A DNA stretch of 64,000 bases from assembly GCA_965229005.1 (NCBI GenBank), contig CBDDIP010000002.1:1014125-1078124 (forward strand). The letters run 5' to 3'. Shown here in pieces: positions 53,826 to 63,319 of the stretch. Positions within the stretch are counted from its first letter, which is position 1. Each line of letters opens with the position of its first letter. The translations under genes were made by a program, and so were the position numbers. This DNA is from Ilumatobacteraceae bacterium. GTDB lineage: Bacteria > Actinomycetota > Acidimicrobiia > Acidimicrobiales > Ilumatobacteraceae. The notes under the pieces were generated by a model, which was given only the letters and a program-made list of their open reading frames with translations, had not been told where the DNA came from and made no database searches.

Positions 53826-56449
53826 CGAGGAGGTCCTCCTTCGCGCAACGCGGTGGTCGGGTAGCGGCGCGCGTGCACGGAGTCGACGCCGGCGTCGTAC
53901 GGCCACGCCGCTGCACCCGGTGGCACCTCGCGCTCCTTGCGAGCGAGCACGTAGGCCAGCGACGGGCCGTAGAGGACGGGCATGTCGGCGTGCAGGTCGC
54001 GCAGGTGCGGTCCCGGCACGACCGAGACGTCGGACGTGCCGCCCGACGCGATCGGGGTGAACCCGAGGCGCGGTCCGAACAACGATCGCAACCCGAACGG
54101 CGATGCCCGCCAGAAGTCGTTGGGCGCGGCATGCTCGGGCCACGTCATCGGCGCCGAGACGAGTGCCAGTCCACCCACCTGCAGGATCCGCTGCACCTCG
54201 AGCGCGATCAGCCACGGCGCTTCGACGTGTTCGAACACCTCGTCGCTGACGAAGGCAGCGACCGAACCCGGTTCGAAGTAGGTGCTGAGGAGGTGGCCGT
54301 CACCGACGAGGTCGACACCCGGCCCGTCGTGGATGTCGACGGCGATCACCGCCCGTCCCGGGAACTGCTTGCGCCACGCGTTCGTCTCGTCACCGTTGTG
54401 ACCGCGGGTGCCGAGCGCAACGATCGGTCCGTGCGCGGGCAGTGACTCGGTCGCCGTCTGCAGGATCGCCCTGCGGGTCAGCGTCGGGTCGTTCTCCGTC
54501 GGCCAATCCGGAAGCGGGTGGTCGGGCAACGCCAGCTCCAGCCTCCGAGGACCGTCGTCGGTCTCGAGCTCGATCACGAGATGCGACGAGAGCGGGCCGA
54601 GCAGGTGGGCGCGGAAGCCGCATCGCTGTGCTGCCGGGTCGGCGGGGAACATCCGCCGAGCCCCGTCGTGCGGCAGTGGCGGCGCGGGATCGGAGCTGAT
54701 CGAGCCCCATCGGAGCCGCACCGTTCGAGCCGCTCGGCCGGGCGAGAAGGCGAAGCCGGCGATGTAGATCCCGCGTGCGTCAGCCCAGTAGACGTCGATG
54801 TCGTGGTGGATCCCGCCGCCTCGTGCGGTCGGCGCAGGCGACGCAGCATGCGTTCCGATGTGTGGTGCGGCAGCCGCGAACAGCATGTCGGCGTGCGGGT
54901 CTCCGGCGTCGGCCGCCGCCTCGGCGGACAGGCGGGCAAACCCCTGGCGGGCACGGCCCACGTCGCCGCGCTGGAGGTCGAGCATCGCGGCGCAGAAGAC
55001 GCCATCGAGCCCGGAGTGTCGGTCGACCGGCGGGCCGGCGAGGAGATGGTCGAGGAGCGCCTCGATGCGCACCTGGATCGATGCTGCATCGTCGAACGCG
55101 GCACGATTGACGAGCGTCACGAACGACGCGACGAGCACGCGATCGACGGTCGTGCGTTGCCGTGGCGTGGCGCCCGCGGCGCGCTGCTCTGCTGCGGCGA
55201 CGGCACCGGAGACCGCGGACGTGTCCGTCCACGCCAGTGCAAGCGCGAGGTGCGCCGCGGCGAGCATGCCGAGCTCGATCGTCTCGGCGTCGACGAGCCC
55301 GTCGAGGGAGCGTTCCAGATCGTCCCAGGCATCCACCGATGCGGCGAGCCGCGCCGCGGCCATCGCCTGTTCGTTCGAGAGCAGCGCACGCATCCCATCG
55401 GCGAACAGCACCGAGCTGGCGAACGCCGGCCGCGAGCTGAGCGAGGGCGACCGACCGGACAGCGCATCGAGGTCGTTCAACGATGCGCCAACGACCTCGC
55501 GCAGCAGTGCGTCGAGCCGCGTGCGGCTGCGTTCGGCGTCCGCCAGCATCCCTCGTGTGATGAGCTGCTTGTAGTGCCGAGCTGCGGCGCTCATGCGCAC
55601 GTGGGCAGAGACCTCGTCGGCCGAGGCGAGCTCGTCGAGGTAGTCGATGACGGTCGTGGTCGGCTGTGGATCCTCGCCTCGGTTCAGCAGTTGCAGGGGG
55701 ACCCGGCTGGCGACGGCGACGAGTTGCTGTCCGTCGTCGCGGACGTCGAGGTGATGCAGGCCGACGTCCAGCAGGAGCGCCTCGAGCGCTCGCTTCGACG
55801 CCAGGAACATGTGCAGGCCCTCGCTGAGTGCGATCTGGATCTGGCTCACCGGACGGCTCGGTCGCACCGCTTCGGCGGACGGAGTGGTGATCACGAGGAC
55901 GCCGTCGTCGGCGAGGTGGGGGAGGACGTCCGCGAGGAACGCCCGTGGATCAGGGACGTGCTCGATGACCTCGCTGGCCAGGATCAGCTGGAACGGGTCG
56001 CCGCGCCGTTGCGTCGTCGCCACGAGTGGTTCGTGGCGCACGCGCGACGACAGGTCGCGGGACCCTCGCGCCGCCGCCATGGACGGGTCGAAGCCTTCGG
56101 CGTCCCACCTGAACACGCGAGTCGCCAGATCGACTCCGAAGCCGAAGTTGCAACCGACGTCGGCGAACCGCTCGATCGGCAGGTCGCCGAACGGCTCGAG
56201 CTGCTCCAGGATCGACTGGATCCCGGCGAACTGCTCGACGTACCGATCGACGCCGACATCGGTGGTCACGAACTCCTCGCGCACGTCACCGCTGATGACG
56301 ATGGACGCGCATTGGCTGCACCGCGCTGCGCTGATCATCCCGTCGTCGTGACCGAGGTCGTACTCCAGCACCTGTTGCTTCAGCGAGCGGTCGCCGCACA
56401 TCGCGCAACGGGCACGGGTCTCACCGCTGATCCACCGGAGGTCGGTCAT
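53822..56449 (-). CDS. 875-aa protein with N-terminal Cys4 zinc-ribbon + class I SAM methyltransferase domain (sugar C-methyltransferase-like), central helical region and a second C-terminal methyltransferase-like domain
   Basis: CAMC…CSQC ribbon, motif I FADVGCNFGFGVD, acidic loop SEVIEHVPDP; C-terminal second MT-like block (FVSDEVFEHVEAPW…VGGLALVSAP). GAGGA RBS before ATG 56449. Confidence 0.6.
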   Translation of the reverse strand: MTDLRWISGETRARCAMCGDRSLKQQVLEYDLGHDDGMISAARCSQCASIVISGDVREEFVTTDVGVDRYVEQFAGIQSILEQLEPFGDLPIERFADVGCNFGFGVDLATRVFRWDAEGFDPSMAAARGSRDLSSRVRHEPLVATTQRRGDPFQLILASEVIEHVPDPRAFLADVLPHLADDGVLVITTPSAEAVRPSRPVSQIQIALSEGLHMFLASKRALEALLLDVGLHHLDVRDDGQQLVAVASRVPLQLLNRGEDPQPTTTVIDYLDELASADEVSAHVRMSAAARHYKQLITRGMLADAERSRTRLDALLREVVGASLNDLDALSGRSPSLSSRPAFASSVLFADGMRALLSNEQAMAAARLAASVDAWDDLERSLDGLVDAETIELGMLAAAHLALALAWTDTSAVSGAVAAAEQRAAGATPRQRTTVDRVLVASFVTLVNRAAFDDAASIQVRIEALLDHLLAGPPVDRHSGLDGVFCAAMLDLQRGDVGRARQGFARLSAEAAADAGDPHADMLFAAAAPHIGTHAASPAPTARGGGIHHDIDVYWADARGIYIAGFAFSPGRAARTVRLRWGSISSDPAPPLPHDGARRMFPADPAAQRCGFRAHLLGPLSSHLVIELETDDGPRRLELALPDHPLPDWPTENDPTLTRRAILQTATESLPAHGPIVALGTRGHNGDETNAWRKQFPGRAVIAVDIHDGPGVDLVGDGHLLSTYFEPGSVAAFVSDEVFEHVEAPWLIALEVQRILQVGGLALVSAPMTWPEHAAPNDFWRASPFGLRSLFGPRLGFTPIASGGTSDVSVVPGPHLRDLHADMPVLYGPSLAYVLARKEREVPPGAAAWPYDAGVDSVHARRYPTTALREGGPPR

Positions 56450-56534
56450 CGAGTTGTCCTCTTCGCCAGGATCAGTCCGCCACGAGCAGCCTGTCGCACG
56501 AGCGCTCGACGCGCAAGCGACACCCCCGAGGTGG

Positions 56535-58391
56535 TCAGATCGAGCGGGCGGCGCCGCGCGCCTCGAGCACCGCTTCGAGGATCGTGCGCGGTGCGACCGC
56601 GTCGCCGACCTGAACGGCGCCGGGGATCGGATCGGTCGGCAGGCGGAAGCCGCAGTCGACCAGCGCGGCAACGGCGATGGTCCGCCGCTCGCCGCTGAAG
56701 CGATCCTCGAGCTCGATCTCGCCCGGGCGCACGGCGCGCAGCAGCGAACGGCGCTCGATGCGCGCGCCGCGCTGGGCCAGGCGGACGTTGGCGGGAGCCA
56801 GGTCGCCGGAGCGCGAGAGCTCGTTGCCGGCGATGTGGTCCTGGGTGATCAGCACGGCGCGTTCTGCGAGCTCTTCCGCCAGCGCTACTGCGATCGGCCC
56901 ACCGATCGGATCGAAGATGGCGATCGTTCCCTCGGGCACGGACACCGCGCCACGGCGCACCTCGGCGATGTCGAGCACGACCGCGCCGGCGACGATCTCG
57001 TACTCGCGCCGCCCGGGCTGCCCGCCGGTGCACTGCACGACGACAGCGCCGCTCGTCTCGCCGGTGAACTCGGTGTCGAGCTGCACCGTCACGCCGGCTG
57101 CCTCGACCTCGGCCTGCAACCACTTGGTGAGCGCCTCGCCGGGGCCGGCCACGCGGGCGACGCCGCCGGTGTGCGCGGCGCGTTCGACGACGGTGACCCG
57201 GTGGCCGCGGGCCGCAGCCACTCGTGCCGCTTCGAGCCCGGCGACGCCGGCGCCGACGACGATCACGTCGCGGGATGTTGCGGCCGGCGCGGTCCAGTCG
57301 GGATCGGTGGTCTCGTAGCCGGTGCTCGGCTCGACCACGCACGTCACGATCGGGTTCCGTGCGTCGCGCACCTGGCACGTCTGGTTGCAGCGGATGCACG
57401 GACGGATGCGATCGGCCTGGAACGCTGCCAGCTTGCGCACGAGGTCGGGGTCGGCGAGCTGAGCGCGCGTCATCTCGACACCGGCGCACACGCCGTCCTC
57501 GACGGCCCACTCGGCCTGGCTCCAGTCGATCACCGAGCCCTGCAGCAGCACCGGCACGTCGCCGACGGCCGCCTGCACGGTGCGGCACACGTCGATGTTG
57601 AACCCGGGTGGCTCGTGGAAGTCCGGCCGGGTCTTCTCCGCCGAGAAGATCGCGCCACGCACGACGACGATGTAGTCGAGCCCGACGGCGGCGAGCGTGG
57701 CCGCGATCTCGGGGGCCATCTCGGGGGTGATCCCCGCCCACGGGGCCAGCTCGTCGCACGAGAGCCGCAGCCCGAGGGTGCCGGTGTGCGGGCGCACGGC
57801 CTCGATCACCTGGCGCGCCAGCAGCAGGCGATCGGCACCCCACTCGTCGCCGCGGTGGTTGGTCAGCCCACTGAGGAACTGACGGATCAGGCTGTGCTGC
57901 CCGGCGTTGATCTCGATGCCGTCGCAGCCGGCCTCGGTGGCCAGCTCGGCGGCTGCGCCGAAACCGGCGACGACGGCGGCGATGTCGTCGGGCTCCATCC
58001 ACTTCGGCACCTCGCGGCTGTTCACCTCCGGCACGCGGGACGGCGCCCACAACGCGCTCTGGCTGTACGCGCTCGAGCCCTGGCCGCCCGCGTGGTCGAG
58101 CGACGCGATCACGAGCGAGCCGTGCGCATGGCACGCCTCGGCGATCGAGGCCCAGCCGTCGGCACAGCGCTCGGCGAGTGGCGCACGCTCATAGGGCCAG
58201 TCGCTGTCGTGCGCGCTTGCTCCTTCGGTGACGATCACGCCGCAGCCGCCGGCGGCGCGACGTGCGTAGTACGCGGTGTGGCGTGCGGTGAACCGGCGGT
58301 CGTCGTCGCCGAGGTTCGTCACGTGCGGGCCGAACATGACGCGATTGGGCGCGGTGGCGCCACCCAGCTGAAGCGGTTCGAGCAGTCGCAT
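56535..58391 (-). CDS. 2,4-dienoyl-CoA reductase-like oxidoreductase (OYE-type FMN domain + 4Fe-4S + FAD/NAD(P) domain)
   Basis: OYE TIM-barrel N-terminus, CIRCNQTC cluster motif, Rossmann GAGVAGLEAA. Confidence 0.8.
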   Translation of the reverse strand: MRLLEPLQLGGATAPNRVMFGPHVTNLGDDDRRFTARHTAYYARRAAGGCGVIVTEGASAHDSDWPYERAPLAERCADGWASIAEACHAHGSLVIASLDHAGGQGSSAYSQSALWAPSRVPEVNSREVPKWMEPDDIAAVVAGFGAAAELATEAGCDGIEINAGQHSLIRQFLSGLTNHRGDEWGADRLLLARQVIEAVRPHTGTLGLRLSCDELAPWAGITPEMAPEIAATLAAVGLDYIVVVRGAIFSAEKTRPDFHEPPGFNIDVCRTVQAAVGDVPVLLQGSVIDWSQAEWAVEDGVCAGVEMTRAQLADPDLVRKLAAFQADRIRPCIRCNQTCQVRDARNPIVTCVVEPSTGYETTDPDWTAPAATSRDVIVVGAGVAGLEAARVAAARGHRVTVVERAAHTGGVARVAGPGEALTKWLQAEVEAAGVTVQLDTEFTGETSGAVVVQCTGGQPGRREYEIVAGAVVLDIAEVRRGAVSVPEGTIAIFDPIGGPIAVALAEELAERAVLITQDHIAGNELSRSGDLAPANVRLAQRGARIERRSLLRAVRPGEIELEDRFSGERRTIAVAALVDCGFRLPTDPIPGAVQVGDAVAPRTILEAVLEARGAARSI

Positions 58392-58429
58392 GACCCGCTC
58401 ATCATGGTCGGTGGCAGACTCTCCACGCC

Positions 58430-60463
58430 ATGACAGGGCGAGATGACACGCGCACGCTCGGCTACCAGCCGGCCCTCGACGGACTGCGCGGCGTGTCGGT
58501 CCTCCTCGTGCTGCTCTTCCACGGCGGCTTCGCCGCGTTCAGCGGTGGCTACGTCGGCGTCTCCGTGTTCTTCACCCTCAGCGGCTACCTGATCACCGCC
58601 TTGCTGCTGGAGGAGCGCAGCCGATCCGGCGCGATCCGCATCGGTCGCTTCTACGCGCGGCGGGCGAAGCGGCTGCTGCCGGCCAGCCTGCTGTGCCTCA
58701 TCGGGATCACGGTGCTCGCCCGCATCGGCACGATCGAGCCCACGTCATCGTTGCGCCGCGATCTGGTGGCATCGCTGCTGCAGGTGAAGAACTGGACGTC
58801 GATCGTCAGCGGGCGCAGCTACACCGAGCTGCTCGACCTCGCGCAGGGCAGACCATCGCCGCTCGAGCACTACTGGTCGCTGGCGATCGAGGAGCAGTTC
58901 TACGTCGTCTGGCCGCTGGTCGTGCTGCTGCTGACGAAGCTGCTGCGGCCGCGCGGCGTGGCCCGCTCGATCGTCGCGCTCGCGGTCGTCGCCGCAATCG
59001 CTGCACCGATCATCGCCGCCCACTGGGGCGTCGACGTCGCCTACTGGTCGTCGCCGACGAGGTTCGGCGAGATCCTCACCGGCGCGGCGCTTGCGGCTGC
59101 GCTGCGGCTCCGCGAAGCACCGGTCAGGGAGCGCGTCGGCTGGCTGTTCGTGCCGTCGATGGCGGTCATCGTGTGGGCCGCGACGCAGTGGTCGTCCGGC
59201 AGCGGCCCGGCCTACCGCGGGATGATGCCGGTGTTCTCGCTCGCGTCGGTCGGCGTGATCCTCGCGCTCCAAGCGGAGGGCAGGCCGCGGCGGGCGCTGT
59301 CGTGGCGGCCGGCGGTCGCGTTGGGGACGATCAGCTACGGCGTGTACCTGTTCCACTGGCCGGTGTTCGTGGTGCTCGACGGCGAACGCACCGACCTCGC
59401 CCGACTGCCCCTGTTCGCCGTGCGCCTCGCGGTGACGATCGCGATCGCGATCGCCTCGTACGTCCTCCTCGAGCGGCCGGTGCGCCGGGCCAACTGGAAC
59501 GGCGGTCGCGTCGCCGCTGCCGCGTTCACCGGCATGGCGATCGGCGCGCTGGCGATCGTGGTGGTCGCGCCGACGCCGCTCGATCGGTTGGCCGTCGCCA
59601 TCGACGATCTGCCCGACCTGCCCCCGCCACCGGCGCCGACCGGTTCCTTCGTGCCGCTGCTGCCCGCCACCACGAGCACGACCGCGACGAGCACGACGAG
59701 CACGACCGCGACGACGCCGGACACCGCGCCGGACACGGTGCCGGTGATCACAACGACGACGCTCGACCTGACCTACCCGCCGCCGGTGCGACCGGTGCGC
59801 ATCGTCGTCGCCGGCGACTCGACGGCGTGGCTGACCGCGGTCGCCCTGGACGACTGGGCCAAGGCACACCCGGATCAGGCGCAGGTCTCGCTGATCGCCG
59901 CCGCCGGTTGCGGGTTCATCGCCGGCGGCCGCCCCGTCGCCGAGTTCAGCGAGCAGATCGAGGCCGACTGCAACGATCTGCGCACTCGACGCTTGCCTGC
60001 CGAGGTGGCCCGCTTCCAGCCGGACGTGGTGGTGCTGATGGTCAGCTTCCGCGACATCGACGACCGCGTGTGGGACGACGCGGAGGGCCCGCTGACGCCG
60101 TTCGACGGCCGCTTCCGCAACCGGATGCTGCAGGACTACCGAAGGCTGACCCAGCAGCTGCTCGACGCGGGCGTGCCGCGGGTGGCGTGGGTCAACCCAC
60201 CGATCACCGAGGCGCACTGGGTGGGCGATGCGGCCGTCCGCCTCGACCCGAACCGATACGTCGTCTACGGGCGCGAGCTCGACTCGGTGGCCGACGGTCG
60301 ATCGAACGTGCGCGTCATCGACCTCGCCCACTGGTTCGCGTCGAGCCCGCTCTCGTCCACCGACGGCACGCGCCCCGACGGGATCCACTGGTCGGCCGCG
60401 GCCGGCGACGAGGTGGTCGCCGAGTTCTTCGCCCCGGCCGTGATGGCCGCAGCGCTCCGCTGA
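58430..60463 (+). CDS. OatA-like acyltransferase_3 - SGNH fusion (second paralog)
   Basis: N-terminal LRGVSVLLVLLFHGGFAAFSGGYVGVSVFFTLSGYLIT; Thr/Pro-rich linker; C-terminal RIVVAGDSTAWL SGNH block. Confidence 0.8.
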   Translation: MTGRDDTRTLGYQPALDGLRGVSVLLVLLFHGGFAAFSGGYVGVSVFFTLSGYLITALLLEERSRSGAIRIGRFYARRAKRLLPASLLCLIGITVLARIGTIEPTSSLRRDLVASLLQVKNWTSIVSGRSYTELLDLAQGRPSPLEHYWSLAIEEQFYVVWPLVVLLLTKLLRPRGVARSIVALAVVAAIAAPIIAAHWGVDVAYWSSPTRFGEILTGAALAAALRLREAPVRERVGWLFVPSMAVIVWAATQWSSGSGPAYRGMMPVFSLASVGVILALQAEGRPRRALSWRPAVALGTISYGVYLFHWPVFVVLDGERTDLARLPLFAVRLAVTIAIAIASYVLLERPVRRANWNGGRVAAAAFTGMAIGALAIVVVAPTPLDRLAVAIDDLPDLPPPPAPTGSFVPLLPATTSTTATSTTSTTATTPDTAPDTVPVITTTTLDLTYPPPVRPVRIVVAGDSTAWLTAVALDDWAKAHPDQAQVSLIAAAGCGFIAGGRPVAEFSEQIEADCNDLRTRRLPAEVARFQPDVVVLMVSFRDIDDRVWDDAEGPLTPFDGRFRNRMLQDYRRLTQQLLDAGVPRVAWVNPPITEAHWVGDAAVRLDPNRYVVYGRELDSVADGRSNVRVIDLAHWFASSPLSSTDGTRPDGIHWSAAAGDEVVAEFFAPAVMAAALR

Positions 60464-60469
60464 GCAACG

Positions 60470-62704
60470 TCAGGCGATGTAGTACCCGGAGATGTCGACG
60501 ATGAGGTGGCTGCCACCGTCGGTGTAGATGCGGAACGCGCTCGGGTTGCCCATCCCGATCGTGGCCGCGTTGGCGACGATCTGGCCGGCTCGTTCGGCGT
60601 TGAGCGTGGATGCCAGCGGCTGCGAGGAGCCGCCCGGCCACGTCGACACGAATCCCGGCGCGGTGGCATCGACGATCGTCACGTTCGCGGTCACCGCTGA
60701 CGCCGTGAAGATCGGCACGCCGAACTTCATACCGACGATGACATCGATCTCGGTGTGCGGTCCGGGCTTGGGCCCCGCGTAGTTGGTCTGGCCGGCTCCG
60801 GGTCGGGTCTCGAGGACCCGGACGGGTGCCAGCGACACGTAGAGGCCCCAGTAGGCGTAGGACTGCGTCTCGTCGGTGAAGTAGCCCACGGCGTCGGCGA
60901 TCAGGTGCGTGCCGGCGCTGGTGAAGAGCTGGACCTTGCCATCGGGGCCCACGGGCACGATGACCTGGTTGGCGATGGTCTGGCCGACTCGCTCGGTGTT
61001 GATGTTCGACGCCAGCGGCCGGTCGATGCCGCTCGGCCACACCGTGACGAACCCGGGCCCGCCGGCTTCCGTGACCGTGAGGTTGAGGACGACGGCGCCT
61101 ACGCCCTGGGCGGGAACGCCGTGCGCTCCGGTGATCTGGAGCGAGAAGGTGCTGTTCGCTGCGGGCTTCGGCCCGGTGTAGCCGACCTGTTGATCGGGGC
61201 GGGTGTCGAGGACTCGTGTCGGCAGCAGCATCGCCAGGCGACCCGAGCGGACCGTCATGTCCGTCGGGACGTAGTAGCCGACGACGTCGACGACGTAGTG
61301 CGTCCCACCCTGGGTGTAGAGCGAGACCGCCCCACCGGCACCGATCGGTGCGAGGACGCCGTTGGCGATGGTCTGGCCGGTGCGCTCCAGGTTCAGGTTG
61401 GACGCGTTCGGTCGGCTGCTGCCACTCGCCCATGCGGTGACGAAGCCCGGCTTGGTCGCGTCGACCGCGACGATGTTCAGCATCACCGCCTTCGCGTTGG
61501 CGGGGACGCCGGCGAATCCGGTGACCTGCATCACGGTCGTCGAGTTGGCCGTCGGTTTCGCGCCCGTGAAGTGGAGGCGGGTGTCGGGACGGGTGTCGAG
61601 GATGCGCTCCGGGCTGATGGGGACGTACTGGCTGGCGCTGATCGCCCCGATGGGGATCGGATGTGTGTTGGGATCGTCTGCCAACGTCATGAAGTTCAGC
61701 CCGGTTGGAGCGCTGTCGCCGGACGAGGAATGAGCGACGATGGTGATCGTGTACAGCGTGCTGGGCGTCAGCCCGGAGAACGTGTAGCCGCTCGCCGCGC
61801 CGCCGAGCTCGACCGCGGGCGCGCCGGTTCGCGACAGCGTGTAGCCGGTGATCGGCGTCTCGCCGCTCGCCGCCGTCCACGTGATCGCGATCGAGGTGGA
61901 GGTGATCGTGGCCGCCTGCTGGATCTGCGGCGGCACCGAAGGTGGTTCGGGCACGTTGGTGATGGTGATCGTCACCGGCACGAGCGCGCTGCGGCCACCG
62001 AGCGAGTCCTGCGCTCCGACCAACAGGTGGATCGACGTCCTCGTCTCGAAGTCGAGCATCGAGCTCGGCACACCGATCCGGCCGATGACGGTGGTGGTGT
62101 TCGGGACCAGCTCCGAGGCGAGGCCGATCCCGCCGAGCTCGCCAGGGTGCGCCGGGTCGTCAGCGCCGAAGAACCCGGCGAGCGGGATCGAGCTCGTCGC
62201 GCTGATCGGGCCGAGGTAGACCGTCGACTGCTGGAAACCGGTGACCTCGGGAACCGTGAACGTCGTCGGCGTGATGTCGTGGGGCGGGGCGGGCTCGACG
62301 ACGTCGGTGACGTTGACGGTGTAGTGGGTGACCGAGTAGTCGCCGTCGAACTGCGACGCGACGACGTCGAAGTGGAACGACGAGGTCTCCTCGAAGTCCA
62401 CCAGACCGCCCTGCATCAGCAGCTTGTCGCCGTTGACGTAGAACCGCCCCGAATCCAGCTCGTGGCCGACCTGCGGCTGCAGGAAGTAGCTCACCGGTCC
62501 ACCATCGGGATCGGTTGCGTTGAGCGTGGCAACGATCTGGTCCGGAGGTCGGATCCCCTCCACGATCGAGACGGTTGCCGGCGTCACCTGCGTCAGTGGT
62601 GATCCAGCGGACACGAGGCTCGCGGTCGTCGACCACGCCACTGCACCGACGAGACCACCGGTCACGCCGATCAAGCCCAAAGCCCGTCGCATCCTCTCCG
62701 CCAT
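60470..62704 (-). CDS. secreted repeat-rich surface protein (cadherin-like domain, FN3 domain, three tandem ~130-aa beta-rich repeats)
   Basis: Signal peptide from ATG 62704 (MAERMRRALGLIGVTGGLVGAVA); DPDGGPVSY cadherin-like module; FN3 (ITWTAASGETPITGYTL…YTITIVAHS); three R(V/I)L(D/E)TRP… repeats. Confidence 0.65.
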   Translation of the reverse strand: MAERMRRALGLIGVTGGLVGAVAWSTTASLVSAGSPLTQVTPATVSIVEGIRPPDQIVATLNATDPDGGPVSYFLQPQVGHELDSGRFYVNGDKLLMQGGLVDFEETSSFHFDVVASQFDGDYSVTHYTVNVTDVVEPAPPHDITPTTFTVPEVTGFQQSTVYLGPISATSSIPLAGFFGADDPAHPGELGGIGLASELVPNTTTVIGRIGVPSSMLDFETRTSIHLLVGAQDSLGGRSALVPVTITITNVPEPPSVPPQIQQAATITSTSIAITWTAASGETPITGYTLSRTGAPAVELGGAASGYTFSGLTPSTLYTITIVAHSSSGDSAPTGLNFMTLADDPNTHPIPIGAISASQYVPISPERILDTRPDTRLHFTGAKPTANSTTVMQVTGFAGVPANAKAVMLNIVAVDATKPGFVTAWASGSSRPNASNLNLERTGQTIANGVLAPIGAGGAVSLYTQGGTHYVVDVVGYYVPTDMTVRSGRLAMLLPTRVLDTRPDQQVGYTGPKPAANSTFSLQITGAHGVPAQGVGAVVLNLTVTEAGGPGFVTVWPSGIDRPLASNINTERVGQTIANQVIVPVGPDGKVQLFTSAGTHLIADAVGYFTDETQSYAYWGLYVSLAPVRVLETRPGAGQTNYAGPKPGPHTEIDVIVGMKFGVPIFTASAVTANVTIVDATAPGFVSTWPGGSSQPLASTLNAERAGQIVANAATIGMGNPSAFRIYTDGGSHLIVDISGYYIA
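60473..61606 (-). repeat. three tandem intragenic ~390-bp repeats encoding the ~130-aa RVLDTRP…GFVT(V/A)WP…N(I/L)N(T/L)ER(V/T)GQTIAN… module
   Basis: Protein-level periodicity 130/132/116 aa; mirrored by a periodic antisense ORF pattern on the + strand. Confidence 0.55.
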
Positions 62705-62730
62705 CGACGCGAATGTACCCGCGAGCCGCG

Positions 62731-63315
62731 TCAGGACTTGCGCGCAGCGAGCTCCCGGCCGCCGAGGAGACGCCTGATGTTCTCGAGGTGACGGAGCGCG
62801 ACCAGCGCGCACATGGCGACGATCGCCGCCACCTCCCAACCGGGCGCGCCGAGCGCGGCGACGGTGACCGGCAGACCGACGGCGATCAGCAACGAGGCGA
62901 TCGACGCGGTGCCGGACAGCCGGCGCACGATCAGCCATGTGGCCAGCATCGCCAGCGCGGCGATGGGTTGCAGGACGAGCATCGCCCCGCCCATCGTCGC
63001 CACCCCCTTGCCGCCGCGGAAGCGACGGGTGATCGGGTACATGTGCCCGATCACGGCGCCGGCGACCAGTGCGTACGAGCCCGGTCGCGAGTCCAGCAAC
63101 AGCCCAGTCGCCGCGGGGATGGTGCCCTTCACCCCGTCGAGGACGAACACGAGCACGCCCCACGGCGTGCCCATCACGCGGGCAACGTTGGAAGCCCCCG
63201 GGTTGCCCGACCCGACGGCGGTGATGTCGATGCCCTTCGACCGGGCGACCATGACCGCGCTCGGGAACGTGCCGAGCAGGTAGGCCACCGGCACGAGCGC
63301 GAGGGCGAGGGTCAC
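62731..63315 (-). CDS. plsY: glycerol-3-phosphate acyltransferase PlsY
   Basis: PlsY motifs (…GSGNPGASNVARVMG…, …RRFRGGKGVAT…); GTG start. Confidence 0.85.
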   Translation of the reverse strand: MTLALALVPVAYLLGTFPSAVMVARSKGIDITAVGSGNPGASNVARVMGTPWGVLVFVLDGVKGTIPAATGLLLDSRPGSYALVAGAVIGHMYPITRRFRGGKGVATMGGAMLVLQPIAALAMLATWLIVRRLSGTASIASLLIAVGLPVTVAALGAPGWEVAAIVAMCALVALRHLENIRRLLGGRELAARKS

Positions 63316-63319
63316 GACA

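Noticed and set aside
60755-62602. 615-aa + strand ORF
   Set aside because: Antisense to the repeat-rich surface protein gene; its periodic …G(F/L)GP(V/A) ends merely mirror the intragenic tandem repeats.
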